The notes under the pieces are model-generated. The model made no database searches and was not told the origin of the DNA. It saw only the letters and a list, made by a program, of their open reading frames with translations. From assembly GCA_001821155.1 (NCBI GenBank), contig MHSB01000044.1, positions 1-33,269 of the forward strand: a DNA stretch of 33,269 nt, given 5' to 3'. A program made the position numbers and the translations under genes. Positions within the stretch are counted from its first letter, which is position 1; each line of letters begins with the position of its first letter. This DNA comes from Candidatus Taylorbacteria bacterium RIFCSPLOWO2_01_FULL_50_130 (lineage in GTDB: Bacteria; Patescibacteriota; Minisyncoccia; Phycocordibacterales; UBA10002). Positions 23,831 through 32,396 of this stretch are shown piece after piece.

Positions 23831-25104
23831 AAATATGATAGTGGATTGAGATATGCTTTTAAATCAGCGATTGGCATCGTGTAGCTTCCGCCGCACACGG
23901 CTGATTTGCGGCTCATTATACGAACACCTTGTGTCGCGTAGACGGTCAGATGCAGATGCGGGCCGGTTGCGTAGCCCGTCTCGCCGCTGTATCCGATTGT
24001 CTCTCCCGTGGAAACACGCTCCCCTTCACCGACTTTGATGAGCGAGAAGTGCGCATATAAAGTAGAAAGGCCGTTGTCGTGTTCAATAAGAATCCATTTT
24101 CCGTATGAGGCCCCGGGACAGACCGTATCGGTATCCCCCACTCCCTTCACGATGCCGCTTAATGCGGCCTTCACGCGCGTACCGGTCGGCGCTCTAAAAT
24201 CGACTCCATTATGGCCCTTCCCGTTGTACGCTCCGCTTTTTGCAAAAGCGGTATTACCGAACTCCTGCGTGATTGTTATGGAATCAAGAGGCCAATGCAA
24301 AACGCCGGAGCGGGCCGGGGGCAATTTAGATGGGTCAACGGTAAAGCGAAGCTCGGCTTCAAATTGCAAAAGCTCCCGTTCAAACGCGTCGCGTTTCGCG
24401 ACACGTTCAGCGAGTATCCGCCGGTATTCTGCTTCCCTATTTTTTGTGACAGAGAGAAGGTCTGCCTTTGCCCTCCTGTTTTGAGAGAGCAGCTGATTTT
24501 TGTCGGAAAGGTCTTCACGGAGAGAGAGCAGTCGCCTCCTGTTTGTCTCCGTTTCCGTCTGTGCGTTCTCAAGGCCGACCTTGAGTTCTTTGGTTCGCGC
24601 AAGGTCAGTCCGGATATGCCTCTCGAAACGCTCTATATCGTCAGTCGCGCTCCACACCGTTGAGAGCGAATCGCTTCCAAGCAGTATTTCAACCAGCGTT
24701 TTTCGCTCAAGTTCGGCAATATTTTGTATCGCCTCCTTAAGCGCGTCGCGACTATCTTTTATGCGCGCTTCTTTTACCAGTATGGCGTCTCCAAGTTCCT
24801 CAAGCCGCAAGTTCACCGCGGCAATCTTGTTTGACGTCAGCTTTATCTCGGCGCCGAGCTTTTTCTGTTCAAGGTCGATATTCTTTATCGTGCTTTGAAG
24901 AGTCTTTGTCTCTTTTCCCGTCGTTTCGATTTGTCTTTGATAGTCGGCGATTTCCTGCTCAAGCGATTCTATCGCCGCGTTGCGCTCGGCGATTTTACTT
25001 TGCAGTTCGGATATCGTCGCGCCCAACACAGCGCCGCCGTGCATCACCGGCAGGAGAAAACCCGTACCCACGACCAGAAAAAGCGAAAGACGCTTCATCG
25101 GCAT
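23827..25104 (-). CDS. M23 family metallopeptidase with N-terminal coiled coil (EnvC-like architecture)
   Basis: It has a signal/anchor, then about 250 aa of heptad-like Q/E/K/L-rich sequence, then HNGVDF (HxxxD) and GPHLHLTVY (HxH). The start could be ATG 25098, since TACAAT at 25110-25105 would leave 25104 inside the promoter. Confidence 0.85.
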   Translation of the reverse strand: MPMKRLSLFLVVGTGFLLPVMHGGAVLGATISELQSKIAERNAAIESLEQEIADYQRQIETTGKETKTLQSTIKNIDLEQKKLGAEIKLTSNKIAAVNLRLEELGDAILVKEARIKDSRDALKEAIQNIAELERKTLVEILLGSDSLSTVWSATDDIERFERHIRTDLARTKELKVGLENAQTETETNRRRLLSLREDLSDKNQLLSQNRRAKADLLSVTKNREAEYRRILAERVAKRDAFERELLQFEAELRFTVDPSKLPPARSGVLHWPLDSITITQEFGNTAFAKSGAYNGKGHNGVDFRAPTGTRVKAALSGIVKGVGDTDTVCPGASYGKWILIEHDNGLSTLYAHFSLIKVGEGERVSTGETIGYSGETGYATGPHLHLTVYATQGVRIMSRKSAVCGGSYTMPIADLKAYLNPLSYL

Positions 25105-25291
25105 ATTGTACGTTGAATCACGGACGGTGAGAAGCGCTTGAGAGGTCTTTGAATTGAGAAACTCCAGAAAACGTATGATGTTGGGAGACTCTCGAAGCGG
25201 GGCGGGACGAACGTGAGCTCTAAAACGCGCGGGATGCTATGGCGTTCCTCAAAAATCATGCGCTGAGGAAAGAATTTCGCAATTCAGCGTC

Positions 25292-25498
25292 TTAATGACT
25301 CGCCAGAACTCCCTGCCTTCCTAGGCAGGGATGAATGGCGGGTCAGCGAAAGGGGTCGGGGAAACTGTAGTTTCCCCGTGGAGGAGAGCAGTGAGCGAGT
25401 CTGCGAGCGAGCGTTGAGAACCGAGGGTTCTTAAAGGAAACTCCGCTCGCCGAACGCCCTGTGCTCCTGCACAGGGATAGGACGAGCGGAGTTTACGA
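25292..25498. repeat. 207-bp direct repeat, copy 2
   Basis: It is identical to 22130-22336. On the minus strand it begins 3 nt after the gltX TAG stop. Confidence 0.9.
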
Positions 25499-25501
25499 AA
25501 C

Positions 25502-26830
25502 CTATGCTTTGAGACGTTCGCACGCCGCTTTGAGACGGCGAACCGAGGTTGCTTTGCCAAGCATCGCGGCAAGCGTGAAGGGGTCCGGCGATGTTTGCTT
25601 GCCGGAGAGGGCGACGCGCATTGGCCAGAGCACATTTCCCTTCCCGTTTGCCTCGGCGTAGGGCATGACTGCCTCCCGAACGGCAGATTTCGTAAAGAAA
25701 GCCTCCGGCAGGGCCTCAATGAATGAGAGAATTTTCGGAAAATGGATGCCAGGTTCGCTCGTCGCCTTCTGCCACGTGAGAAGCTCCTTTGGATATTTTG
25801 GCTCGCGGAGCAAATAGTCATATTCTCCCCGCTCCATTGCATCTCGTACCTCGCCAAAAAAGCTGACGCGCTCAAAGAGCATCTCCGCTATCGCCTGCTT
25901 CTCGCCGGGGGCTCGCTCGCGTAAAAGCGTATCGGGAATATACGGCAAAATAGCTAGCGGCCCCCCGAGCCGTTCAATATGTTTCCGGTTTATCCAGCGA
26001 AGTTTCTCCTCATTGAAAATTGCGCCTCCCTTTTGTACCTTATCGAGGTCAAATTCGCGTATCAGTTCCTGCAAAGTGAACACTTCCTTCTCCCCCCCGG
26101 GATTCCAACCGAGCAACGCGAGATAATTGATAAACGCCTCGGGAAGATATCCCCTATCGCGGTATTCAGTGACGGAAACGGCGCCATGGCGTTTGGAGAG
26201 CTTGCTTTTGTCAGGGGCGAGGATAAGCGGAATGTGAACGTACACTGGTCGTGGAAAACCAAGGGCTTCCTGAAGCAGAATTTGCCTCGGCGTGTTGGAA
26301 ATGTGGTCTTCGCCACGGATGACGTGCGTTACGCCCATCTCATAATCGTCCACGACAACCGCTAGGTGATAGAGCGGCTCTTCAAGCGAACGTGCGATGA
26401 CCATGTCGCCAAGCTCTGTCGTATCAAATTCAATAGAATCTCTGATAAGGTCGTCAAACGCGATTTTTTTGTTCGGATTTTTGAAACGTATGACTTCCTG
26501 CCGCTTTCCCTCCGTTTCTTTTGAAAGATACGCCCGTCCTCCGGCAATCAATTCTTTCAGATACTTCCGATATGTGTCCTTCCGTTCGCTTTGCTTCCAA
26601 CACTTCGAACCGTCAGGTAATGCGTCAAGCGAAAATCCGAGCCATTGGAGCGAATCAAGAATATTTTGCTCGTATTCCTGCCTGGAGCGCTCTTCGTCAG
26701 TGTCCTCCAGCCGCAGATAAATCTTGCCGCCGTGATGTTTTGTGAACAAATAGTTGAAAAGCGCGGTTCTGGCGCCACCGATGTGCAAATTCCCGGTTGG
26801 AGACGGAGGGAAGCGAGTTACAATTTTCAT
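25502..26830 (-). CDS. gltX: glutamate--tRNA ligase
   Basis: MKIVTRFPPSPTGNLHIGGARTALFNYLF (HIGH motif) and KLSKRHG (KMSKS motif). The product is 442 aa. Confidence 0.95.
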   Translation of the reverse strand: MKIVTRFPPSPTGNLHIGGARTALFNYLFTKHHGGKIYLRLEDTDEERSRQEYEQNILDSLQWLGFSLDALPDGSKCWKQSERKDTYRKYLKELIAGGRAYLSKETEGKRQEVIRFKNPNKKIAFDDLIRDSIEFDTTELGDMVIARSLEEPLYHLAVVVDDYEMGVTHVIRGEDHISNTPRQILLQEALGFPRPVYVHIPLILAPDKSKLSKRHGAVSVTEYRDRGYLPEAFINYLALLGWNPGGEKEVFTLQELIREFDLDKVQKGGAIFNEEKLRWINRKHIERLGGPLAILPYIPDTLLRERAPGEKQAIAEMLFERVSFFGEVRDAMERGEYDYLLREPKYPKELLTWQKATSEPGIHFPKILSFIEALPEAFFTKSAVREAVMPYAEANGKGNVLWPMRVALSGKQTSPDPFTLAAMLGKATSVRRLKAACERLKA

Positions 26831-26925
26831 CCGTCTAATCCTAATCTAGCATTGTTTTAAGTGCAATACTTGGAAAAGCTTCTTCTTGACTTTAATCCGA
26901 GGAATGGGATCGTCACAAGGATTTC

Positions 26926-28050
26926 TTACTTCTCATGCCTCAGCGCGATGTTCAAGATTTCCCGTGCGATGACTGAAGCGGCATCGGGTTTCGCAAAATG
27001 CGAAGCTCGCTTTGACATTTCCTCATGGCGGCCGCTATCTTCGAGGATTTTTCTCGCCTCATGTATAAGAATGCTCGCGGTCAGATTGTTCTCCTCAAGC
27101 ACCACAGCGGCTCCGTGCTCCGCATACGCATACGCATTTTCGCGCTGGTGGTCGCCGCTTGAAACGGGAAATGGGACCAATAGTGACGGTTTGCCCCATG
27201 CCGCTATTTCAAAAATGGTGGAGCCGGCGCGCGAGATGATGAGGCGAGCAATCCTGCCCGCTCTTCCCATCTGTGTAGTGCTAAGATACCCGATTGAATG
27301 GTAGCGGCGCTTAAAGGGATGATTCTGCAAAATTACCTCCGCCCGCGCCTGCATATCGGCAAGGTGCTCCTCGCCGGTCTGATGAATGACTTCAAACGTT
27401 AGCAGAAACTCCGGAAGCGCTTGGAGCACCGTCTCATTAAGCGCCGCGGAACCGAGCGAGCCGCCAAGCACAAGAATGACCTGTGTTTCTTCCTCCAGAC
27501 TCAACTCTTGTCGCAGAGACGCCGCCGCCGACAATAGGTCGCGACGAATGGGATTTCCAGTGTGAGCAACCCGTCCCTTAGGAAACGCGGAAAGCGCTTT
27601 TTCAAATGAAACCGCGACGCGCGCGGCAAATTTTCCGGCCCACCTATTGACCCGTCCTGGGACAGCGTCCGATTCGTGAATAAAAATCGGAATTTTCCAG
27701 AACCGCGCGGCAAAGAGCGCCGGAAAACTGCCAAATCCTCCCTTCCCTACCACTACGTCCGGATAGAGACGAAATATAAGCGTGGCGGCCTTGATCGTGG
27801 CAAACGCCGTTCTGAAAATATCGGTAATGTTCTTCAGTGAAAAGTAGCGACGAAACTTCCCGGTCGGGAGGGAAATAAACGTTATGCTGTTCTCAAACAA
27901 AAGGCCGGGGTCATATGGGTCCGGCGCCATGAAAAAGAGCGTTGGCGGGATGAGCCGCTCATCGCGCGAAATGGCATGCAATTCCTCTGCAATGGCAATG
28001 ATGGGGTAAAAGTGTCCGCCCGATCCACCGCCGGTGAAAAGTATCTTCAT
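26926..28050 (-). CDS. murG: undecaprenyldiphospho-muramoylpentapeptide beta-N-acetylglucosaminyltransferase MurG
   Basis: MKILFTGGGSGGHFYPIIAIAEEL.. (G-loop) and a C-terminal ..ISRAGSTIFEIAAWGKPSLLVP.. It follows ftsW as in dcw clusters. Confidence 0.9.
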   Translation of the reverse strand: MKILFTGGGSGGHFYPIIAIAEELHAISRDERLIPPTLFFMAPDPYDPGLLFENSITFISLPTGKFRRYFSLKNITDIFRTAFATIKAATLIFRLYPDVVVGKGGFGSFPALFAARFWKIPIFIHESDAVPGRVNRWAGKFAARVAVSFEKALSAFPKGRVAHTGNPIRRDLLSAAASLRQELSLEEETQVILVLGGSLGSAALNETVLQALPEFLLTFEVIHQTGEEHLADMQARAEVILQNHPFKRRYHSIGYLSTTQMGRAGRIARLIISRAGSTIFEIAAWGKPSLLVPFPVSSGDHQRENAYAYAEHGAAVVLEENNLTASILIHEARKILEDSGRHEEMSKRASHFAKPDAASVIAREILNIALRHEK

Positions 28051-28059
28051 AGTTTATTC

Positions 28060-28115
28060 GCTTACTAGCTTACTAGCTTTTTGGAATCGACTAAACAGCT
28101 AGGAAGCTAATAAGC
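28060..28115. repeat. intergenic imperfect palindrome (CTAGC-word hairpin), ftsW-murG spacer
   Basis: GCTTACTAGCTTACTAGCT (28060-28078) pairs with AGCTAGGAAGCTAATAAGC (28097-28115), 17 of 19 complementary. Confidence 0.55.
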
Positions 28116-29236
28116 TAAGCAGCTGATTTCTGGTATCGAGAAATGTTGAGTAGTATTCCCGTCTCAAACAGCGTGATAACCAGCGCTGTTCCGCCGTGGC
28201 TTATGAACGCGAGCGGCAGACCCGAGAGCGGAATAATAGCCAACATGGAACCCATATTCATGAACGCGGAGGCCCCTATGAGTATAACAATTCCAATAGA
28301 AAGCAGTCCACTAAAGAGATCCGGCGCGCGCGACGCGATACGGAGGCCCCGCAAGAAAAACGCAAGGAAAATCCCGATGAGCGCGACGCTACCGAGAAAT
28401 CCGAACTCTTCGGCCGCAACCGCGAATATGGAATCCCCGATCGGTTCGGGAAGGTATGAAAACTTCTGCACACTTTGCCCAAATCCCCTTCCCGAGAACC
28501 CGCCGGAACCGATTGCGATAAGCGATTGATTCACCTGCCATCCCGCGCCCTGCACGTCGGTCGCCGGTTCAAGAAAAGTGGTGACGCGCTCCTTAAGATA
28601 TGGCCTCCAATACACAAGCGCGGCAAGTCCGATAAGGCCGATAAGCAAGACAGCGCACACATGACGCCATCTGCCGCCCCACGCGATGAACATGGAAAGG
28701 AGCGCCGCAAATAGTACGATGAAGGTATCCGTATCTGGCTGCAGTAAAAGAAGGGCGCCGGCAACGGAAGAAAGCAAAAGAAGCAGCAGCGGACCGCGTG
28801 AAAAAATCCGACTTTTTTCCTTCATCGCCGAAAGAATAGCCGCCGCATAGATGACGAATGCGAGCTTCAAAAGTTCCGCCGGCTGAAATGACAGACCAAA
28901 AATGGAAATCCAACGCCGCGCGCCGCCGTGTTCCACTCCCACGCCGGGAATGAACACAAGAATGGAGAGTGCAGTGGAGAACAGAAGGAACGGCAGCGTG
29001 AGTCGGCGAAGTTTCTTGTAGTGAAATAAAGACGCCATGTAGGCGGCGCAGATGCCTATTGTGGTCGCGAGGAGACGCGAGATAATGATACTCTTGAAAG
29101 AGGCTCCCTCCCGCGCGTGCAATCCGATGGAAGCAGAGAGAAAAATAAAGAAACCCGCGGCGATAAGGCCTATCAGTATCCACAGGAGCCACCGGTCGAC
29201 CGGGTCGGATGTTTTAAGATATGTTCGCAATAGCAT
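28115..29236 (-). CDS. ftsW: FtsW/RodA/SpoVE-family peptidoglycan glycosyltransferase (FtsW by context)
   Basis: The protein is polytopic. Motifs: GARRWISIFGLSFQPAELLKLAFVIY and LPEPIGDSIFAVAAEEFGFLG. It sits between mraY and murG. Confidence 0.85.
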   Translation of the reverse strand: MLLRTYLKTSDPVDRWLLWILIGLIAAGFFIFLSASIGLHAREGASFKSIIISRLLATTIGICAAYMASLFHYKKLRRLTLPFLLFSTALSILVFIPGVGVEHGGARRWISIFGLSFQPAELLKLAFVIYAAAILSAMKEKSRIFSRGPLLLLLLSSVAGALLLLQPDTDTFIVLFAALLSMFIAWGGRWRHVCAVLLIGLIGLAALVYWRPYLKERVTTFLEPATDVQGAGWQVNQSLIAIGSGGFSGRGFGQSVQKFSYLPEPIGDSIFAVAAEEFGFLGSVALIGIFLAFFLRGLRIASRAPDLFSGLLSIGIVILIGASAFMNMGSMLAIIPLSGLPLAFISHGGTALVITLFETGILLNISRYQKSAA

Positions 29237-29390
29237 CTATAAAAAACTAGGACTCGTTTCAAAACCCTATTCGCTGTCTGCAAAAGCCGCCTCTGCGCAG
29301 ACAGGCAATCCAAAGATTCGCAGTATTCGAATCGACGATGCGGAATGGGTTCTTAAACAATAGCGCCACGGTAGGATTTTGAAATGAGTT

Positions 29391-30449
29391 CTAACTTACT
29401 AACGTCAGCGTGAGGCCAATAATGGCGAATATGACCGAAAGCACCCAGTACCGCATCGTCACCTTGTATGACGGCCAGCCAATGGCCTCAAAATGATGAT
29501 GTAGCGGCGATATAACAAAAAGCTTCTTGCCGAAAAGTCGCCGGTACAGGCGCTGCAGAATGACCGACGCGCTCGTCGCAAAGAGCGGAAGGGCGATGAG
29601 CGGAAGCGCGAAAAGTCCCTCGCCGTCTCCCAGCGAATCCGTCATAAACGCAATGACCGAAAGGCAAAGCGTCAAAGCCATGCTTCCGGTTTCCGACATA
29701 TAAAATCGCGCCGGAGGAATGTTAAACCAAAGAAACGCAAGAATGCCGCCCACGACCGCTGCGGAAAAGGCGGCAAGGTTGATCTGCGCCTGGAAGAAGG
29801 CGATGGCTCCATAGGCGCCGAAGATAACGGCAAAGATTCCTCCGGCCAGTCCGTCTATGCCGTCTATGATGCCCCCCGAATAGACGGCGAGTATGACGAG
29901 GACGAAAAGCGGGACAATGAGTGTACCAACATAAAGCTCCCCTAAAAAGGGAAGCCCGACCGAGACCACGTCGAGCTTGTAATGAAACCAAAGGCCGAGG
30001 AGAATGCCCACGGCGGAAACAATAAGGAGCCGTTTTTTAAGCGAAAGGCCGCCTGCACGGTTGTCCTTGATGCCTTGTATTTCGAGCATGTCATCTACGA
30101 GGCCTATCACGGCTCCGATGAGAAGCGCGGTGAGCGGAATCCATGTTTGGTCCCGGCTTAGAAAATCCAGTTTCGCGAGGAGCGGAACATTGGCGATTGC
30201 TCCGGCCGCAGAAACGGCAAAGACAGCGAGCGTCGCGGAAAACCAAATGACGATACCGCCCATCCTCGGCGTCCCAGTCTCGCGGTGTTCATGCAATTTG
30301 TTGAAGAGCGGCGCGTCGCTTCCTTTGCCAGCGCTCTTTTTCCACATCTTTCTCGCGTACAATTCATGGGAAAGAATCGGGGTAATGCCGATGCCGATGG
30401 CGAACGAGAGAAGCGCCGGTATAAATATTTTTATGAGGTCTAGAAGCAT
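29391..30449 (-). CDS. mraY: phospho-N-acetylmuramoyl-pentapeptide transferase
   Basis: GTPRMGG, GLVDDMLEI, IDGIDGLAGG and SPLHHHFE, the MraY signature motifs. Confidence 0.95.
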   Translation of the reverse strand: MLLDLIKIFIPALLSFAIGIGITPILSHELYARKMWKKSAGKGSDAPLFNKLHEHRETGTPRMGGIVIWFSATLAVFAVSAAGAIANVPLLAKLDFLSRDQTWIPLTALLIGAVIGLVDDMLEIQGIKDNRAGGLSLKKRLLIVSAVGILLGLWFHYKLDVVSVGLPFLGELYVGTLIVPLFVLVILAVYSGGIIDGIDGLAGGIFAVIFGAYGAIAFFQAQINLAAFSAAVVGGILAFLWFNIPPARFYMSETGSMALTLCLSVIAFMTDSLGDGEGLFALPLIALPLFATSASVILQRLYRRLFGKKLFVISPLHHHFEAIGWPSYKVTMRYWVLSVIFAIIGLTLTLVS

Positions 30450-30502
30450 GAATTATGAAATAAGAATTATGAATTATGAATGAAGAAGAAAAAAGACATT
30501 TC

Positions 30503-30646
30503 TAGGACTTACGCAATCGGCGTCATTCCCGTGAAGCTTGTCCTCGCGAAGGCGGGGAACGGGAATCCAGGGCTCTAAAAAACGGCCACATACTGGATTC
30601 CCGCCTACGCGGGAATGACAGAAAATGACGAAACGCGTAAGTCCTA
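30503..30646 (+). mobile_element. MITE copy B (144 bp), TIR TAGGACTTACGC, 5-bp TSD ATTTC
   Basis: It has the same termini as copy A. ATTTC flanks it directly on both sides (30498-30502 and 30647-30651). It lies between mraY and the carboxypeptidase gene. Confidence 0.8.
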
Positions 30647-30673
30647 ATTTCCTTAATTCATACTTCTTGATTC

Positions 30674-31639
30674 TTAATTCTGCTGGAGGAACTCCAGTGT
30701 TGCCCACACGAGCTTTCGAACATCGTTGAACCGCTCATCAATCGTGGAGCCCAAGACGGAAATAACGATTGGGTAATTAAAACCTGCGTCGAATGCAATA
30801 ACCAGGTTCCCGCCGGCAAGGTCGGTATACCCGGTCTTGCTCGCAATAAGCAAGGGCAGAGTATCGACCTCCTTGTTGGTATTTTGTGCAGAATAGCGGC
30901 CGCCATTTTCGTTTCCGAATTCAAGTTCGCTCCATCTCGTCTCCGCGAAAACCGCCGGAAATTGCAGAAGTGCGTACGCAAGCAGGCGGGCTGTTTCCTT
31001 CCCGGAGCTTACCGCTCCTGGGTGCGTCTCGTCGATGTCCAGTCCGCTCTCATTGAAAAAGCGCGTGGATGAGAGACCGAGACGGGCGGCTTCTTCGTTC
31101 ATCTTCTCGATGAATAGTCGGCGGTGGTCCTCGTCGGAGAGAGCGCGTACGGCAAGCATTTCTCCAATCGCGGAAGAAACCGCGGCGGCCGCATCATTGG
31201 AAGATTCCAGAAGCATGAATTTGAGGAGGTCGCGAAGGAGCCACCGTTCGCCGACTACAAGTCCGCTGTCTCCCTCCTCTTTGATTGCCTGCGGGGCGAT
31301 AGTAATGTACGTCGTTTCCGGAATAAGGGAAAGTGCTACCGCGGCAGTCATGATTTTCGTTATTGAGGCGAGCGCAAGCGGTTCCGTTTCATTTTTTGCA
31401 AACAATGTTTTCCCTGCCCTAGCATCAAAAACATAGGCGGCCCTGGCGGCAAGCTCAATTGCCTGATATGGGTTTTCGCGCGGCTCGTCGTAGATTGCAG
31501 CTGCCGCGACAAAACCCCCATGGGCGTCGGGAAGCTCCTTCCCTGGTAATAAAATCGAAAAGAAGGCGAGCAGCATCGCCATCCAGAAGAAAATTTCCGG
31601 AGGCGCGTATCTTTGAAATTGGTAGAGTCCGTTACGCAT
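30674..31639 (-). CDS. serine-type D-Ala-D-Ala carboxypeptidase (S11, PBP5-like)
   Basis: SITKIMTA (SxxK), ESSNDAA (SxN) and SKTGYT (KTG), with an N-terminal membrane anchor. Confidence 0.85.
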   Translation of the reverse strand: MRNGLYQFQRYAPPEIFFWMAMLLAFFSILLPGKELPDAHGGFVAAAAIYDEPRENPYQAIELAARAAYVFDARAGKTLFAKNETEPLALASITKIMTAAVALSLIPETTYITIAPQAIKEEGDSGLVVGERWLLRDLLKFMLLESSNDAAAAVSSAIGEMLAVRALSDEDHRRLFIEKMNEEAARLGLSSTRFFNESGLDIDETHPGAVSSGKETARLLAYALLQFPAVFAETRWSELEFGNENGGRYSAQNTNKEVDTLPLLIASKTGYTDLAGGNLVIAFDAGFNYPIVISVLGSTIDERFNDVRKLVWATLEFLQQN

Positions 31640-32237
31640 GTGATGTATCTCCTGGAGCTACTCCTACCGCAAGAGCTTCGCTAGAGAGTATTCCTTCTTC
31701 CGAAGGCGCGGCCGCTGCCATGTCGAGTTCCTTGCGTACGGCCGCAAATTCGGGCAAATCCTCCAACTTCGGAATGCCCAGAAGCGCACAGAGCTCCACG
31801 CTGGCACGGTAGAGAAACTGCCGCTCGTCTATCTCGCTCTGTTTCCTCTCCACAAGACCTCGTATGAGGAGATTCCTAAGTATCGCCGTTGAGTTGATGC
31901 CGCGTATATATTCTATCTCTCGTCGGTTCAGCGGTCCTTTATAGAGAATGATGGAAAGCGTCTCAAGCGCCGCTTTGCTTAGTTCTCCTGAAAGCTCCTC
32001 TTTGCGCGCCCGTTCAATAAGTTCATGCGCTCCGGAGGCGGTAGAAAGCGCGATGTCTTCTCCAGTCTGAATAAGCGCGATGCCGTTCCCTTCCAATTTC
32101 CCTTGCAATATCTTGAGTGCATTTTTTATATCGGCCGACGGCAGTTTGAATACACGGCAGAGTTCCGCGAGCGTCATCGGCTCGCCTTTCCAGAACAACA
32201 ACGCTTCTATTTGGGCATAAAGTTCCATAGGATTCAA
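31632..32237 (-). CDS. scpB: segregation and condensation protein B
   Basis: IEALLFWKGEPMTLAEL.. and ..SKAALETLSIILYKGPLNRREIEYIRGINSTAILRNLLIRGLV. It overlaps the downstream gene by 8 nt. Confidence 0.85.
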   Translation of the reverse strand: MNPMELYAQIEALLFWKGEPMTLAELCRVFKLPSADIKNALKILQGKLEGNGIALIQTGEDIALSTASGAHELIERARKEELSGELSKAALETLSIILYKGPLNRREIEYIRGINSTAILRNLLIRGLVERKQSEIDERQFLYRASVELCALLGIPKLEDLPEFAAVRKELDMAAAAPSEEGILSSEALAVGVAPGDTSHA

Positions 32238-32243
32238 TGACTT

Positions 32244-32350
32244 TAGGACTTACGCGTTTAACCAATGATGGCTATGTTCTCATTCTGTCATTCCTGCGGA
32301 AGCAGGAATCCAGGCCTTAAAATGATGCCCTGGATTCCAATTCCACGAAA
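32244..32350 (-). mobile_element. degenerate, one-ended copy of the same MITE family (copy C, inverted orientation)
   Basis: TAGGACTTACGCGTTT...TTCTGTCATTCCTGCGGAAGCAGGAATCCAGG...CCTGGATTCC matches the reverse complement of the right end and core of copies A and B. No second terminus and no TSD could be found. Confidence 0.55.
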
Positions 32351-32396
32351 TTTCTGCCCTCGTTATTCAGTCATTCAGTTATACGTTATATGTTAT

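Noticed and set aside
25321-25875. The 184-aa minus-strand ORF across repeat copy 2.
   Set aside because: It reads through the non-coding 207-bp repeat and then overlaps gltX out of frame. Its composition is Arg/Ser/Pro-rich, typical of a wrong frame.
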